Part shown: one piece after another, positions 62,495 through 64,000 of the stretch
How the letters are laid out: each line of letters begins with the position of its first letter
How positions within the stretch are numbered: the first letter of the stretch is position 1
Assembly: GCF_018977255.1 (NCBI RefSeq)
Contig: NW_024704742.1
Span: forward strand, 51,524,001-51,588,000
Reading direction: 5' to 3'
DNA: 64,000 nt
DNA from: Callorhinchus milii
Taxonomy: Eukaryota
The notes under the pieces: model-generated
Told to the model about the DNA's origin: nothing
Seen by the model: only the letters and a program-made list of their open reading frames with translations
Database searches by the model: none
Translations under genes and position numbers: made by a program

Positions 62495-63000
62495 TGTCTG
62501 ACACATATAGAAACCCATCACTGTGTTTAAGAGTATCCAATCCACATAGAATTACACACATCCCACCTACACATGGAAATTTCAGAGATGTTTATTGGAA
62601 TGGAATGCACACACTCTTCCTGTAGGGAGGTATCCTGGTTACCTAATTCCAGAAAGTATTAAGACACAGGTTGGCAAGAGCCAAGTGTTGGGGCTCCCAG
62701 GATGTGTTTTGGGGTACTGCTGGAGTCTCACTAGCTAAAACCCATAGCTTGCCATTGAGACCATTGTCTGGCAAGACTTCCTGCTGCTTGTCCAGCTAGG
62801 ACCACCCTACCTGTTACGACTTTGGCTTGCAGGGTTAACAGGAGCTGAGTGGGTTGACTCCCTACCCCCAATGATTGGTTTGACCTTCCAGGTCCTGCCG
62901 ATATGCTGGCTGTGCTGTGATCAGCAGTGCCTTGGAATACTGCGGACCCATGCGGTTCAAGAACCGGACTACCAAGACTGCCACAGAGGGTGGATTTGAT
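62495..63000 (-). mobile_element. Unclassified non-LTR family 3' ~500 bp
   Basis: Collinear with 8505-9010; PTQLLLTLQAKV frame. Confidence 0.8.
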
Positions 63001-64000
63001 TATATTTTTTCTATTTAAAGAATAATGATCACATGGGAGAGATGTCAAAGCACTAATCTCATTTTGATTTTATCTGAGCCTCACAATGAGATTTATCTTC
63101 TTGTAATTACTGCCAGGTATCCATTATTAAATTTTTTCATTTGCTTCAGGCAATATATTAGAATAAATTGATTGAAGTAGTCTGGATATGTCTGAGTGGA
63201 ATAACAACTCAAAGTGCAACTATTTTGAAAAGAGAAGGTGGTTTCTCCCTGCATGGTTGTTTGTGGCTGCCGCATTTTCCAACGATACCTGACAGGAATT
63301 ACCTAGGAAGCATTTCAATGTAATAAAATGCATTAAAAGTGCATTAAAAAAAGCTTTATTTGTTCTCTCCTATTTTTTCTGCCTCTCTATTTTTCTTTTT
63401 TGGCCATTTTCCAAGTGAATAATTCAGAACTTGTAACTGGAAATATTTGACAGTTCACTTGTGTTTGTGAGTTACTTTATCTCACAGTCACATTAGGAAT
63501 AAAGCTCAAGACTGCACTAATGAGGATGTTGGGAATGAGCAGAACTCTCAATTGTCTCAGAACATTATATTCAATTGTAAGCACCAACCCTAGGAGCACC
63601 TCCTTTCCCTTCATCATTCCCCTTCCCACACAACAAAGTGCTTAGCAAAAAATTGATTTGCCAAAATTCATATCTTCAGTCTCACAAGAGGGAACTCAAA
63701 CAGTGAGCTCTTATTTTTTTCTTGATGAAAAGATTGCTTGAAATAAAAATCCAATTTATTTTCTTTTTGTTCTTTCCCTTCCATAATATTTATAATTTTA
63801 TGCTGGCACAAGATGACTTTACCAAACAGAATGAATATTTTAAAAGCAATTGGGTGCAGTCTAGATTGTGGTTCAGAATAATCAACTTGAATCTGCACAG
63901 CATACCTTTAATCATGGAGGACTAGTTTGATCTCAATGGTTCATTGCAAAGCACAATTTAATATGTCTATTAAATATGGTGACTTTGTAGGAAAAAATAC

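Noticed and set aside
1..64000. Conserved vertebrate miRNAs and prokaryotic-type systems
   Set aside because: No mature miRNA I remember was seen (by-eye scan, not exhaustive), and the sequence is clearly vertebrate repeat-rich DNA.

Overview
Repeat-rich vertebrate non-coding DNA (large intron or intergenic region). The repeat inventory points to a cartilaginous fish, probably a chimaera (inference): L2 and CR1 LINEs, Deu-domain SINEs, a tRNA-Ala-headed SINE with an L2-type tail, and a shark-type Penelope fragment. I cannot support any host protein-coding gene: every long ORF is a LINE ORF2 fragment, its antisense, or a minisatellite translation. Most interesting observations: (1) several L2-type insertions carry locally copied or fold-back DNA at their 5' junctions (13.4, 26.4, 44.3, 52.7 kb); (2) an L2+unique flank+SINE unit at 35.2-36.0 kb is duplicated into a mosaic inverted L2 pair at 51-54 kb; (3) young L2 copies share a C-terminal frameshift, and L2/SINE tails share a stem with a swappable loop; (4) an old unclassified non-LTR family (7 fragments, degenerate zinc-knuckle C-terminus) whose longest copy abuts a 64-bp 28S rRNA fragment; (5) a decayed Penelope-type hammerhead motif; (6) hAT and Tigger-like MITEs, a 20-bp minisatellite, and candidate enhancers, CTCF sites and exons. 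Family names come from recalled consensus sequences, not searches. Boundaries of old repeats are approximate.
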